Positions 18,337 through 26,923 of a stretch of DNA of 44,133 nucleotides are shown here, piece by piece. The DNA lies in NCBI GenBank assembly GCA_964529995.1, contig CAZGZF010000001.1, positions 1-44,133 on the forward strand, written 5' to 3'. Source of the stretch: an uncultured Candidatus Bathyarchaeia archaeon. Lineage in GTDB: Archaea; Thermoproteota; Bathyarchaeia; 40CM-2-53-6; JALHTG01. Positions within the stretch are counted from its first letter, which is position 1; the number at the start of each line of letters is the position of its first letter. The notes under the pieces were generated by a model, which was not told the DNA's origin, did not search any database, and was given only the letters and a program-made list of their open reading frames with translations. The translations under genes and the position numbers were made by a program.

Positions 18337-19107
18337 CTACGCTCCCCTCTTTGGCAGTGTTCTACACGTGCAAGCTTCGACACTGCCTAGTTGAGCAATT
18401 GTTTCAGACGCTATGGCTCTTATGGTTGAGGCCATTCTCGAACCTATTTTTTCCACCTCTTCATGGGTCACTTTGGCCTGTAGTCCTGCAGCCATATTCG
18501 ATACAAAGCAAATTGTAGCGTAGCATAGCCCCGCTTCCCTTGCAAGGAAGACCTCTGGAGCCCCCGTCATTCCGACCAAATCACATCCCAGAAGACTGAA
18601 CATCCTTATCTCTGCCGGAGTCTCGAAACGCGGTCCTTCTGTGCAAGCTATCACCGAGTCTTTCCAAACCCGTTTGGCGTGCTTCTTGGCAGATTTGACA
18701 AGAACCTGTCTCAGACCTGGGCAATATGGTTGAGTAACATCTATGTGCGTTACAGGAGCCTCATTGTATAGTGTTCCGGGCCTTGACTTTGTAAAGTCTA
18801 TGATGTCCAGAGGTATTGCTATGTCTCCTGGCTTGTACCTCCTATTGATGGCGCCTACTGCATTCGTTGCGATAACTCGCTCAACACCTAGATTCCTAAT
18901 CCCGGCGATAATCGCTCGATAGTTCACTTTGTGCGGTGGAACCGTGTGTCCCGCGCCATGTCTTGCAACGAAGACAACAGCGTGGGCGTCAATGGTGCCG
19001 ATTGTCACCGGGGGAGACTTGCCATATCGAGTTTCAACGTCAACGACCTTTCCTCCCCTCAGCATGTTTTCGAGACCTGATCCACCGATAACAGCTACCT
19101 TAGCCAA
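18337..19107 (-). CDS. mtnP: S-methyl-5'-thioadenosine phosphorylase (MTAP / PNP family)
   Basis: Motifs VAVIGGSGL and FVARHGAGHTVPPHKVNYRAIIAGIRNLGVERVIATNAVGAI. A TTG start is required to keep the GGSG motif. Confidence 0.9.
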   Translation of the reverse strand: MAKVAVIGGSGLENMLRGGKVVDVETRYGKSPPVTIGTIDAHAVVFVARHGAGHTVPPHKVNYRAIIAGIRNLGVERVIATNAVGAINRRYKPGDIAIPLDIIDFTKSRPGTLYNEAPVTHIDVTQPYCPGLRQVLVKSAKKHAKRVWKDSVIACTEGPRFETPAEIRMFSLLGCDLVGMTGAPEVFLAREAGLCYATICFVSNMAAGLQAKVTHEEVEKIGSRMASTIRAIASETIAQLGSVEACTCRTLPKRGA

Positions 19108-19180
19108 CCTTCTTATTCCTCATGGCTTGAGTTCAGAACTCTGGATATGAACAGTGACAAGTGGACAGCTTATGCGGGAC

Positions 19181-20026
19181 CTATAGCGCCCCTTTTTCGA
19201 CAAGAGCCCTGAACTCATCAAGGGAAAGCTTCTCCCCCCTTCTTAACTTCCCCTCAGCCATATCCTCAACCTTCTTCTTGACCTGTTGCTGCTTCCTGAG
19301 TCGGGTCATCTGGTCTTCTGTGATAATCCTCTGTCTGAGTTGCTTCGCATTTACATACTCGGAATGAGCCTCGTCGGCCTGTTGTTTCAGCTGAACATAG
19401 TTAAGATGAGCCTCGTCGGCCTTCGATTTCAGATCCGACGCCTGCTTGGAGACCTCAATCATCTTCTGATGATAGACTTCGCTCTCCTCCGCAAATATGC
19501 TCAGCTTGTCATGTGCCTCGTTGGCCTCGAGCCGAGCGGCATTGATCTCGGCCTGAAGCATGATCAGTTTGTCTCTCAACCGAAGTATTCTGTCGTGGAC
19601 TGCAACTCGGGATTCGAGCCCCTTGATCTGACCGATAAGTCTAGATTCCTCCTTTGCTGAGAGAGGGTTCGTCTGTATTCTCCACTCTAACTCTTGCATC
19701 CTCTTCTTTAGGCTCGAGTAGCTGCCGGAAGCTCTCTTCTCAAGCTCGGTAATCATGTTCCTTGTAGAATCCATCTCGTCACGCTTGGTTTTCACTCTCT
19801 TTCTTGCCTTGTCCCTCTTCGCCTTGAGCACTTGCACTTGTAGGTTTAGCGAGTCCCTCTTTTCTCTTAGTTCATGAATTTGCTCCTTCAGCTTCTGGAA
19901 CTGAGTGTTCTGTTCGTCTCTCTTCTGAGCCAGAAGCCTCGCCTGGTCATCTAGCTGGTCGCGTGTAGCTCTCGACGACGTGATCTTCTCGTCGAGAGCC
20001 TCGACCGTCTCCGCAACCTGCGCCAT
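19181..20026 (-). CDS. Archaeal coiled-coil protein (COG1340-like), function unknown
   Basis: 281 aa, almost entirely heptad-like and rich in K/E/Q/L/R. Internal (A/N)EAH repeats. ATG with GAGGG upstream. Confidence 0.6.
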   Translation of the reverse strand: MAQVAETVEALDEKITSSRATRDQLDDQARLLAQKRDEQNTQFQKLKEQIHELREKRDSLNLQVQVLKAKRDKARKRVKTKRDEMDSTRNMITELEKRASGSYSSLKKRMQELEWRIQTNPLSAKEESRLIGQIKGLESRVAVHDRILRLRDKLIMLQAEINAARLEANEAHDKLSIFAEESEVYHQKMIEVSKQASDLKSKADEAHLNYVQLKQQADEAHSEYVNAKQLRQRIITEDQMTRLRKQQQVKKKVEDMAEGKLRRGEKLSLDEFRALVEKGAL

Positions 20027-20079
20027 TTCCAGCCCTCAACCACGACCAGACAATAATGTAAGAGGGAGAATTTTCCTTC

Positions 20080-20092
20080 TTAAATAAGCTTT
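20080..20092 (-). promoter_or_regulatory. Candidate BRE/TATA (minus-strand AAAGCTTATTTAAG) for the coiled-coil gene
   Basis: Lies about 55-65 nt upstream of ATG 20026 and shares the AAAG-N-TTAT pattern with other upstream regions. Confidence 0.35.
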
Positions 20093-20223
20093 GGCAAAGT
20101 GTCAGGATCACATGTGACGCCGGCCGAAATTGCTGTTGTTCCGTATTAATATTGAATGGAGAAGCGTAGAGGCATTTTGAACTGGGAACTGCGAGAGCTG
20201 CTTCGACGAGGAATGACGGTCTG

Positions 20224-20931
20224 TTAGCTCTGCAGGATCATTCTTGCGTCAACTACGTTGGCGCCTTTCTCGTAGGCCATTATCGGGTTCAGATCCATCT
20301 GATTGATCTGCGGATTTTCCATCATGAGATCCGAAGCCGCCAGTAGAATATGTACTATAGTGTCTTCGTCGACCGGAGGGCTGCCTCTGTAACCTTTCAA
20401 CATCGGATAGGCCTTGACTTCACGAACCATCTCACGAGCATCTTGCTCGGCGATTGGTGCAATCCTCAGTGTGACATCATTCAAGATTTCAACGAAGACC
20501 CCTCCGAGACCAAACATCAGAGTCTGACCAAATTGGGGATCCACTAAGCCTCCCACGATAACCTCCGTTCCTTGAGGAGCCATCTTCTGGACTAGAATTC
20601 CCTCGATTTTTGCCTTTGAATCATACTTTTCCGCATTGTCTGATATTCTTGTGAAGGCCTCTCTGACTTCCGCCGTGCTTCTGATGCCTAGCATGACTCC
20701 GCCAGCCTCAGTCTTGTGCAAAATGTCTGGAGAGACAATTTTGAGCACAACGGGGTAACCGAGCCTTTCAGCAGCACTCGACGCCTCATCAGCGTTCCTC
20801 GCCAACTCAAATGGTGGAACGGGTATGTGATAGTCCAAACAGATTGCTTTGGCTTCAGGTTCAAGCAGGTTTAGGCGTCCGCCTTCTAGTGCTCTTTGGA
20901 CTATTTCGCTTGTTTTTCTCCCCATCGTCAT
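20224..20931 (-). CDS. ADP-forming acetyl-CoA synthetase beta-subunit-like ATP-grasp protein (acetate--CoA ligase family)
   Basis: LLEPEAKAICLDYHIPVP...GYPVVLKIVSPDILHKTEAGGVML...VLVQKM is an ATP-grasp_5 pattern. The ORF is open to 21054, but homologous N-termini match a start at ATG 20931/20925. No alpha subunit in the window. Confidence 0.75.
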   Translation of the reverse strand: MTMGRKTSEIVQRALEGGRLNLLEPEAKAICLDYHIPVPPFELARNADEASSAAERLGYPVVLKIVSPDILHKTEAGGVMLGIRSTAEVREAFTRISDNAEKYDSKAKIEGILVQKMAPQGTEVIVGGLVDPQFGQTLMFGLGGVFVEILNDVTLRIAPIAEQDAREMVREVKAYPMLKGYRGSPPVDEDTIVHILLAASDLMMENPQINQMDLNPIMAYEKGANVVDARMILQS

Positions 20932-21159
20932 CACGCCTAGTTGAAGATCTTCAAACATGAGAAGCTTGTTACAATCAGACGGGCGAGAACATTTGGGAAC
21001 TTCGCTTTTAATCTTTTCATGAGTAGTAGTAGATCGATCAGCGAAAGCCTCCAAAGCCTTGACAGGTCGAGAGTGAATGTCCCCAATTTCATCGAGAAGT
21101 TACAGGGGTGCCTCGTCAGGTGAGTATAGGACTAGGCATACAGCGGCGCGAGGTATCTT

Positions 21160-21732
21160 TCAGGAAAGAGATTCAGCAATTGCGATTCCTCCTCTCATGG
21201 CCTTCCACCAAGCCTCAGCAAAGGAGACAGCCAGAACATCGTTCTCAGATGTGTGAATGCCCCCTAACAGGTTTCTCTCAAGCCCTAGGTCTCTGGCGAT
21301 ATCCCTGTAGACACCAGGAAGACTTAGGATGCGATTCTTGTAGACCAGAATAAGAGCTCCACGGGCTCCTGCTGCCACAGCTGCGTCTCTTTGTTCCACA
21401 CCTAGCTTTACTTGGTGCCCCTTATCCTTGATGTGCAAAAGCACATTCTCTGGACCAACTCCGAGCATTTTTCCCTTGATCACCTGTGTCTTTCCGATTG
21501 AGAGGTCTGACAATAGCTGATTGAGTTTCTGTAAACCCTTGGCCGTTAACGAAACACCTTTCCTGGGTTTGGAAACTATCATTCCTCTTTGCCGATATCT
21601 CCTCAGTATGCCTCTTACAGCACCTTCTGGCTTCTGGAGAATCGCTGAGAGACGATATCTCCCAACGGTCTTCAGCTCCCTTAGGACCAGAAGCAAGTAT
21701 GTCTCGTCAAGCCTATTCATTTTCCGCAGCAT
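21160..21732 (-). CDS. Putative winged-helix regulator with uncharacterized C-terminal domain (possibly DUF4443-like)
   Basis: N-terminal LLLVLRELKTVGRYRLSAIL...GILRRYRQRGMIV is wHTH-like. 190 aa. Overlaps the upstream gene by 16 nt. The family assignment is from memory only. Confidence 0.45.
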   Translation of the reverse strand: MLRKMNRLDETYLLLVLRELKTVGRYRLSAILQKPEGAVRGILRRYRQRGMIVSKPRKGVSLTAKGLQKLNQLLSDLSIGKTQVIKGKMLGVGPENVLLHIKDKGHQVKLGVEQRDAAVAAGARGALILVYKNRILSLPGVYRDIARDLGLERNLLGGIHTSENDVLAVSFAEAWWKAMRGGIAIAESLS

Positions 21733-22238
21733 CCCTGAAAGCAGCCCTCATGCATAGCCATACTTGGAGGATCTGGAGGGCTTGGCGGCCATGGCTCAAA
21801 GGAGGTGTAGTACCAGATCAAGACTTGGCCGTTTCGCGGGATGAATCCGTCTGGTCCTGTCTCGCCGAGAAGCCAACTCTTGGACTGGTCGTCCCAATGG
21901 TACCAGAGCCATGCCTTGGTCTTTGTGTTCTCGATTCCGTCAATTGAGACAACAAGCACTCCAATCGCGTATGTGTCATACTTCACCTTGGCTAGCCTGA
22001 TCGTTACTAGTAGTAAGGATTCACCTGCGAGGGCTAGCGTGTCTCTATGTTGCCTTCTGTACGTTGAGCCATTTCCATAGTCGAAGATAACGTAGATCCT
22101 GATCGTTGTCGATTCGAATCGTTGTAAGGTTTGAGCGTATTGACGCTGGTAGTAGACTGCAAGCATCGATGCTGCCAGAGCCCAACAGAGGAAGACGCAA
22201 GCTGCGATTCTCCAACATTGTCTTCTGTCAGTCAACAC
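21717..22238 (-). CDS. Membrane-anchored DUF4430-like protein
   Basis: N-terminal TM. IRIYVIFDYGNGS...VVSIDGIEN...AWLWYHWDD...PRNGQVLIWYY resembles the DUF4430 (transcobalamin-like beta domain) pattern. GTG start overlapping the upstream gene by 11 nt. Confidence 0.55.
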   Translation of the reverse strand: MLTDRRQCWRIAACVFLCWALAASMLAVYYQRQYAQTLQRFESTTIRIYVIFDYGNGSTYRRQHRDTLALAGESLLLVTIRLAKVKYDTYAIGVLVVSIDGIENTKTKAWLWYHWDDQSKSWLLGETGPDGFIPRNGQVLIWYYTSFEPWPPSPPDPPSMAMHEGCFQGCCGK

Positions 22239-22881
22239 AATTCTTACTCCCAGCTATTCTTCCAATAGAAGAGTCAAGAGGGCCAACTCCTAGAAAGAAG
22301 ATTATTCCATTACTGAGTTCATGAACCACTGCAAAAGGAATTCCCGAAACAATTACGGCAACAATCGTTTCAAGGCGTGTCTCAAACCAACTGATTGTTA
22401 TTGCGCTCATGAAATTCATCGCAAGATCATAGATGAAGGTTATTAGAAATCCCACAACGGCCATTAGCCATGCTGGTTGCCCAACATTGGCGCGATTCCT
22501 TGAGGAATATCCACGGACCGCTCCTCCCCCAATACCAAACAGGGATTCAGAAGCCATACATCCCAGCCAAATAGGCAAGACGAACCCGTAGGGATTCACG
22601 GATCCATATATCGCCCACACAAGAACGCCTACCATCGCCCCGATGTATCCGCCAAAATGCAGTCCACTAACGAAGACTATCAGATCCATTGCCTTTATGT
22701 TAGGAAGCCAGATCAAGGCGTAATTGCTGGCCAAGCATGCTGAGACTAGTGCCGCTATTAATGAGATCTCTCGAGTCCTCAGTCTCTTTCCTCGAACGAC
22801 TGCGACGAAACCAAGGAAAGCCGCCGCTATCACTAGCCATGCCACAATCGGCAAGCCTAGCGCGCTTTTCGGAGAGGACAT
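22228..22881 (-). CDS. Polytopic membrane protein, ECF-transporter S-component-like
   Basis: 217 aa with about six hydrophobic helices and small Gly-rich loops. The gene pairing with a DUF4430 protein is typical of S-component loci. No ECF A/T genes in the window. Confidence 0.45.
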   Translation of the reverse strand: MSSPKSALGLPIVAWLVIAAAFLGFVAVVRGKRLRTREISLIAALVSACLASNYALIWLPNIKAMDLIVFVSGLHFGGYIGAMVGVLVWAIYGSVNPYGFVLPIWLGCMASESLFGIGGGAVRGYSSRNRANVGQPAWLMAVVGFLITFIYDLAMNFMSAITISWFETRLETIVAVIVSGIPFAVVHELSNGIIFFLGVGPLDSSIGRIAGSKNCVD

Positions 22882-22927
22882 GGGAGAGTAGGTTAATTCG
22901 CCTACAGGACCTAAAAGCCTTTCAGCT

Positions 22928-23689
22928 CTACTGAGTAGGTTCCTCGCCTCTCGAAAGCACCCGAGTCAGTTCTGCATAGAGATCACCAAGTCCCGTATTG
23001 TCCTTCGCTGAAACTGGAACTGGGTCAAATTCGAGGCCGGATGTTGTGATGGACCTTGCAAGATCCCGGATAACGATAGAAGCTGCTTCGCCAAGCTTCG
23101 TCTCGATCGCGGATTCCAGGGAATCGGAGTCTTCTGATCGTATTAGGATTTCCTGTAACTCTTGAGGCATGATGAGATCTGTTTTTGTCAATGCGTAGAC
23201 TTGAGGCAGAGCTAACCTGCTGTATATCGCCGTGGCGATAAACATATTCGATACATAGTTCAACGCGTTCCTGCAGAACGGCGCATCAAACAAGTAGAGT
23301 ATTGCCTTCTCCTCCTCCCCTAGAGCTTGAGATATGAACGGTCCACTTTCTCGAAACGCAAAGAGCTCCATCTGGCCAGGTGTGTCGACCATGAGGATAT
23401 CGGTTCCGGTTTCGTCTATCTCTTCTTTGATCTCTTCGATGTATTCTCCGACCAAGTCTGCTGCCATGACCAAAGCTCCATTTGGCCCGAGACGATATTG
23501 TAGCATCAAGTTTTCCATGTCAACGTAGGTCCGTACGTCCACATCGGCGGTGTAAGGTAGGTTTTGAGCTCCAGGATCCAGATTGAGAACGACCAAATTC
23601 TGTTCCCGGAGTCTAAGCCATTCTTGAAAGCTCGCAGTCAGTAGCGACTTTCCGGAGCCCGCCATCCCAACTATGAAGATGACCTTCAA
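22928..23689 (-). CDS. GPN-loop GTPase (archaeal PAB0955 family)
   Basis: P-loop GMAGSGKS, GPN motif (YRLGPNGAL) and DTPGQMELF. A TTG start is required to keep the strand before the P-loop. Confidence 0.9.
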   Translation of the reverse strand: MKVIFIVGMAGSGKSLLTASFQEWLRLREQNLVVLNLDPGAQNLPYTADVDVRTYVDMENLMLQYRLGPNGALVMAADLVGEYIEEIKEEIDETGTDILMVDTPGQMELFAFRESGPFISQALGEEEKAILYLFDAPFCRNALNYVSNMFIATAIYSRLALPQVYALTKTDLIMPQELQEILIRSEDSDSLESAIETKLGEAASIVIRDLARSITTSGLEFDPVPVSAKDNTGLGDLYAELTRVLSRGEEPTQ

Positions 23690-23747
23690 ACAACATCATC
23701 TCAGTGTTCTGCCGGAGGTTGGCTAGGCTTCGTAACCCAGATTCCTC

Positions 23748-23760
23748 CACATAATCTTTC
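23748..23760 (-). promoter_or_regulatory. Candidate BRE/TATA (minus-strand GAAAGATTATGTG) for the GPN GTPase gene
   Basis: Lies about 60-70 nt upstream of the TTG start. The AAAGATTAT core is identical to that at 16100-16112. Confidence 0.35.
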
Positions 23761-23849
23761 AGAGTCTAGCCTGAAACTTCATCGCCATGCCAACCACTAC
23801 CGCGTAGAGCGTAAGAGAATCAAAAACGTTGCGGATGGCAGTAATGACC

Positions 23850-24653
23850 CTAGGTGACCTTTCGGGCCCCGCTGGCCAAGAGACGCGTCATCTCTGCAAT
23901 CGCTTCGGACAGGATACGCCGACCCTTCTCAGAATTGTGACCTCTATAGGAGAAATCTAGACTTATTCGGGACATAGCCCTTCCTTCCCCCCCTTGCGGG
24001 TGAGACTTGACATAGACTTCAGGATGCTGCTTCATCACCCGATTTATCAAAGGGGCGAGCTCTGACTCGAAAATCCTTCGCACTTGAATCGTACGAGACA
24101 GATATGCCTCCCCCCTTGTTCTGAGCCTGATCAAAGGAACCACATGCCTCGAAACAATAGCGCGCAGTTCCCCTGGGACGCCGGGTAGGCATATGACTGA
24201 TATTCTGCCAGCCAAAAGCATCATGCCCGGAGCCGTACCGACGGGGTTTGGAAGTGGTCTCGCCCCTACTGGAAAAGTAGCCATCTTGAGTCGAAACTTC
24301 GTTAGCACATATCGTCGTGGAGAGAAGATCTCTCGATATCTGGCCCTGATCTGATTCAGGGCCTCCTTGTTCACCCTGAGAGGCAGACCAACCGCCTGAG
24401 ATACAGACGCTATTGTGACATCATCAAACGTCGGACCAAGGCCTCCCGAGGTCAATATGAAGTCAGGCGCTCGCGCAAGAACGCTTCTCACTGCTTGTCG
24501 GATCTCTCTGGCATCGTCGCCAACCGTTGTGACTCTTTTGACGGAAGCGCCCAGAGACGTCATCCTCTTGGCAAGCCAGGTAGCATTTGTGTTTGCCGTT
24601 CTGCCAGTCAGAAGCTCATTCCCTATGCAGACAAGCTCAACGCTACAAGTCAT
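23850..24653 (-). CDS. CinA-like molybdopterin-binding (MoCF_BD, COG1058) domain protein
   Basis: CIGNELLTGRTANTNATWLAKRM...ILTSGGLGPTFDDVT is the CinA N-terminal/MoaB-like domain signature. 267 aa. Confidence 0.8.
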   Translation of the reverse strand: MTCSVELVCIGNELLTGRTANTNATWLAKRMTSLGASVKRVTTVGDDAREIRQAVRSVLARAPDFILTSGGLGPTFDDVTIASVSQAVGLPLRVNKEALNQIRARYREIFSPRRYVLTKFRLKMATFPVGARPLPNPVGTAPGMMLLAGRISVICLPGVPGELRAIVSRHVVPLIRLRTRGEAYLSRTIQVRRIFESELAPLINRVMKQHPEVYVKSHPQGGEGRAMSRISLDFSYRGHNSEKGRRILSEAIAEMTRLLASGARKVT

Positions 24654-24680
24654 TACTAGGCATCTCGTTGAGTGTGACGC

Positions 24681-24896
24681 CTATTTCCTAGAAAGCCACC
24701 ACTTCAGATATTCTTTCTGCCTTCGCCTACGTTCCTCTTCCGCACGGCCTCTTCCCTCGAACATCTTATCCCTTCCTTCGGTAAGCTCTTGGGCCGTGAA
24801 GGTCAACCCGCAGCTACGGCACACGTATTGCTTGAGGACTGAATCATATGATAGCTCGCCACCACACTCAAGACAGTAGCTGCGCCTCAATGCCAT
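24681..24896 (-). CDS. Small zinc-ribbon protein with basic C-terminal tail
   Basis: 71 aa. CLECGG..x16..CRSCG forms two CxxC pairs. Tail is EERRRRQKEYLKWWLSRK. Positioned between the metzincin and CinA genes. Confidence 0.55.
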   Translation of the reverse strand: MALRRSYCLECGGELSYDSVLKQYVCRSCGLTFTAQELTEGRDKMFEGRGRAEEERRRRQKEYLKWWLSRK

Positions 24897-24924
24897 CGGC
24901 TACCACAACGCCTAAGTCAACTAG

Positions 24925-26823
24925 TTAAAGGTTCTCGGGGATAAGGTTCTTTTCCACATTCCGAACTAGAACTCGCAGTTTTTTCTCAAGAGATCTCTTG
25001 ATTAGGCATCCAATTATGACCCCTACTATCAAGAAGAGTGTCGCCCAGAAGGGGGCAGCCTTAGGAAGGAGTCCGACATCAGCCAAGGCCTCGTATGCAA
25101 GCTTTTGTGCGTCGATCGCCTCTCCGAATGCAGAAACGTAGTCCATTGACAAGTAATGTTCCTCTGCTTGCGCTAGGAGTTCTTCGGATTTGGCAAGCTT
25201 CGAAAGTACAAGTTGATTCATCGCCTTTGTCTCTGCAACAGTCCTTGCCTCGGCCACCTTCGCCAACGTACGCATAATAACGGTGTCAGAGTGCATTCTA
25301 CGCAATGCGTCTTTGTCAAATTGACTGAAGTTGTAGTCATGGCAGAAGTAGCTCATGGCCGAAGCTACGAAATCTTGGACATCACCGTATTGGTGTGGAT
25401 GCATGAGGCCAAGCATGTGACCGACCTCATGAACTACAACGTATGAGAATCCCATTCCCTTGTTCGGTTGAGGCGGCGTTACTATGCCCCCACGGTCTAG
25501 CTCGTTCACCTGTGTTAGGGCGCATATTACCATGTCCTCCTGGGCCAGTCCCGAGAGCGTGTCCGTTGCCAAACTTTGCTGCATGACATCCCACTTGTAC
25601 GTGTAACCTAGGTACGTCTTGCTGAAGGCAAAGCAGAATACAGGTATCGTAACTTCCTTCTCGTCTCTCGAGATGTTTGCGACGTAGTCAGCGAGCTTGC
25701 CCTGCAGGTATTTGTAGATCGGCCTGAGGTCGACGTAACGAAGCTCCGGATCTTTGGAGTGTTTGTAGGCATTGGCCAGTTCATTCGAAAGGCGTTGATC
25801 ATCAGTAGAGTTCAGAAATGCGATGGATACCTCAAAATCGCTGTAAGGTAGCAGATCCCTATAGGAGTTCTTGATAACGTCGGCCCTGATCGTTTTTCGT
25901 ATCGGGATTTGGTCTTTTTCCTGCTTGGTTCTGTTATCGAAAACCGTGATGGCAATGCGGTATTTCTCGGAGTATATCGGCCTATGCGTGAATTGAGGAA
26001 CGGCTAGGTTCCAAACTGATTCCCAGATGTAGTCCGCTAGATACTCTGTAAGCCAAGCCTTTCCATACGGAGTATTGACGTCGATTTCCAGGGCTGTGAG
26101 CACTGCCTGAAGAGGTGCATCTTCTGGGGTGTTGAAGGAGGGTCCTGCACTAAGGTCAAGGAACCAGAACCTGTGATGTCCTCCCCATGCAGTCATGAAT
26201 TCTCTGTTTCTGATTCTATAGGCTAGATCAAGATCATAGTATTCGACGTTGTAGTAGTGAGGAGTAGGTGTTTTCCCTAGCCAGGGTCGGCCTATCTGGT
26301 CATAGGTGACAGATGGCAACTGAGTAAGATTGGCCACGAAGAATGTGTAGCCATTAGGAGGGAAGCCTCCGTACATATGTTGGTTCGCATATAACCAGTC
26401 TTCAAGTTTGTTCGCGTCATACAGAGTGTTGTTGATCTGAACTCCGAACCAAGGATTCAGCATCCTCAGTGAGGTCTCGTTGTTCCTTAGGAAATTCAAG
26501 AGCTCCTTTTCGAAGAAGGAGCTTGCGAAGAGGAACTCGTAGCTAAGCTCGAAAACCACCCCTGTGTCTCCAGGCTCTGATATAGCTTGATTCACTCGCT
26601 CGAATGGAATATTCTCCTTCCATAAGAGGTAGGTCGTGTTTATTGTGGATTGGTTGAACCCGATGAAGACGATCTTGAGGGATAATGGTACGGTTCTTGT
26701 GGCCGCTACTGAAACGTTGGCTATTGCGTTCTGGGAGCCGAAAACTTGCGTTATTGGGCTCGCACTCATAGCGCTAACGAGGACTAGGAAAACTGCAACG
26801 AATAGTTTGAGGATCCTTCGCAT
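24925..26823 (-). CDS. Secreted, C-terminally membrane-anchored metzincin-type zinc metalloprotease
   Basis: Signal peptide. HEVGHMLGLMH (HExxHxxGxxH) followed by a Met-turn-like SAMSYF. C-terminal TM FWATLFLIVGVIIGCLI. The ~440 aa N-terminal to the motif are unassigned. Confidence 0.75.
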   Translation of the reverse strand: MRRILKLFVAVFLVLVSAMSASPITQVFGSQNAIANVSVAATRTVPLSLKIVFIGFNQSTINTTYLLWKENIPFERVNQAISEPGDTGVVFELSYEFLFASSFFEKELLNFLRNNETSLRMLNPWFGVQINNTLYDANKLEDWLYANQHMYGGFPPNGYTFFVANLTQLPSVTYDQIGRPWLGKTPTPHYYNVEYYDLDLAYRIRNREFMTAWGGHHRFWFLDLSAGPSFNTPEDAPLQAVLTALEIDVNTPYGKAWLTEYLADYIWESVWNLAVPQFTHRPIYSEKYRIAITVFDNRTKQEKDQIPIRKTIRADVIKNSYRDLLPYSDFEVSIAFLNSTDDQRLSNELANAYKHSKDPELRYVDLRPIYKYLQGKLADYVANISRDEKEVTIPVFCFAFSKTYLGYTYKWDVMQQSLATDTLSGLAQEDMVICALTQVNELDRGGIVTPPQPNKGMGFSYVVVHEVGHMLGLMHPHQYGDVQDFVASAMSYFCHDYNFSQFDKDALRRMHSDTVIMRTLAKVAEARTVAETKAMNQLVLSKLAKSEELLAQAEEHYLSMDYVSAFGEAIDAQKLAYEALADVGLLPKAAPFWATLFLIVGVIIGCLIKRSLEKKLRVLVRNVEKNLIPENL

Positions 26824-26923
26824 TCGTGCAACTCCTCGAAGATGGGCTTCTACGGCTTAGGTGCGTGATATAAGCAATTGTACTTCGAACAGATTTGGAA
26901 AACGGATCAACTGAAGGGACGCC

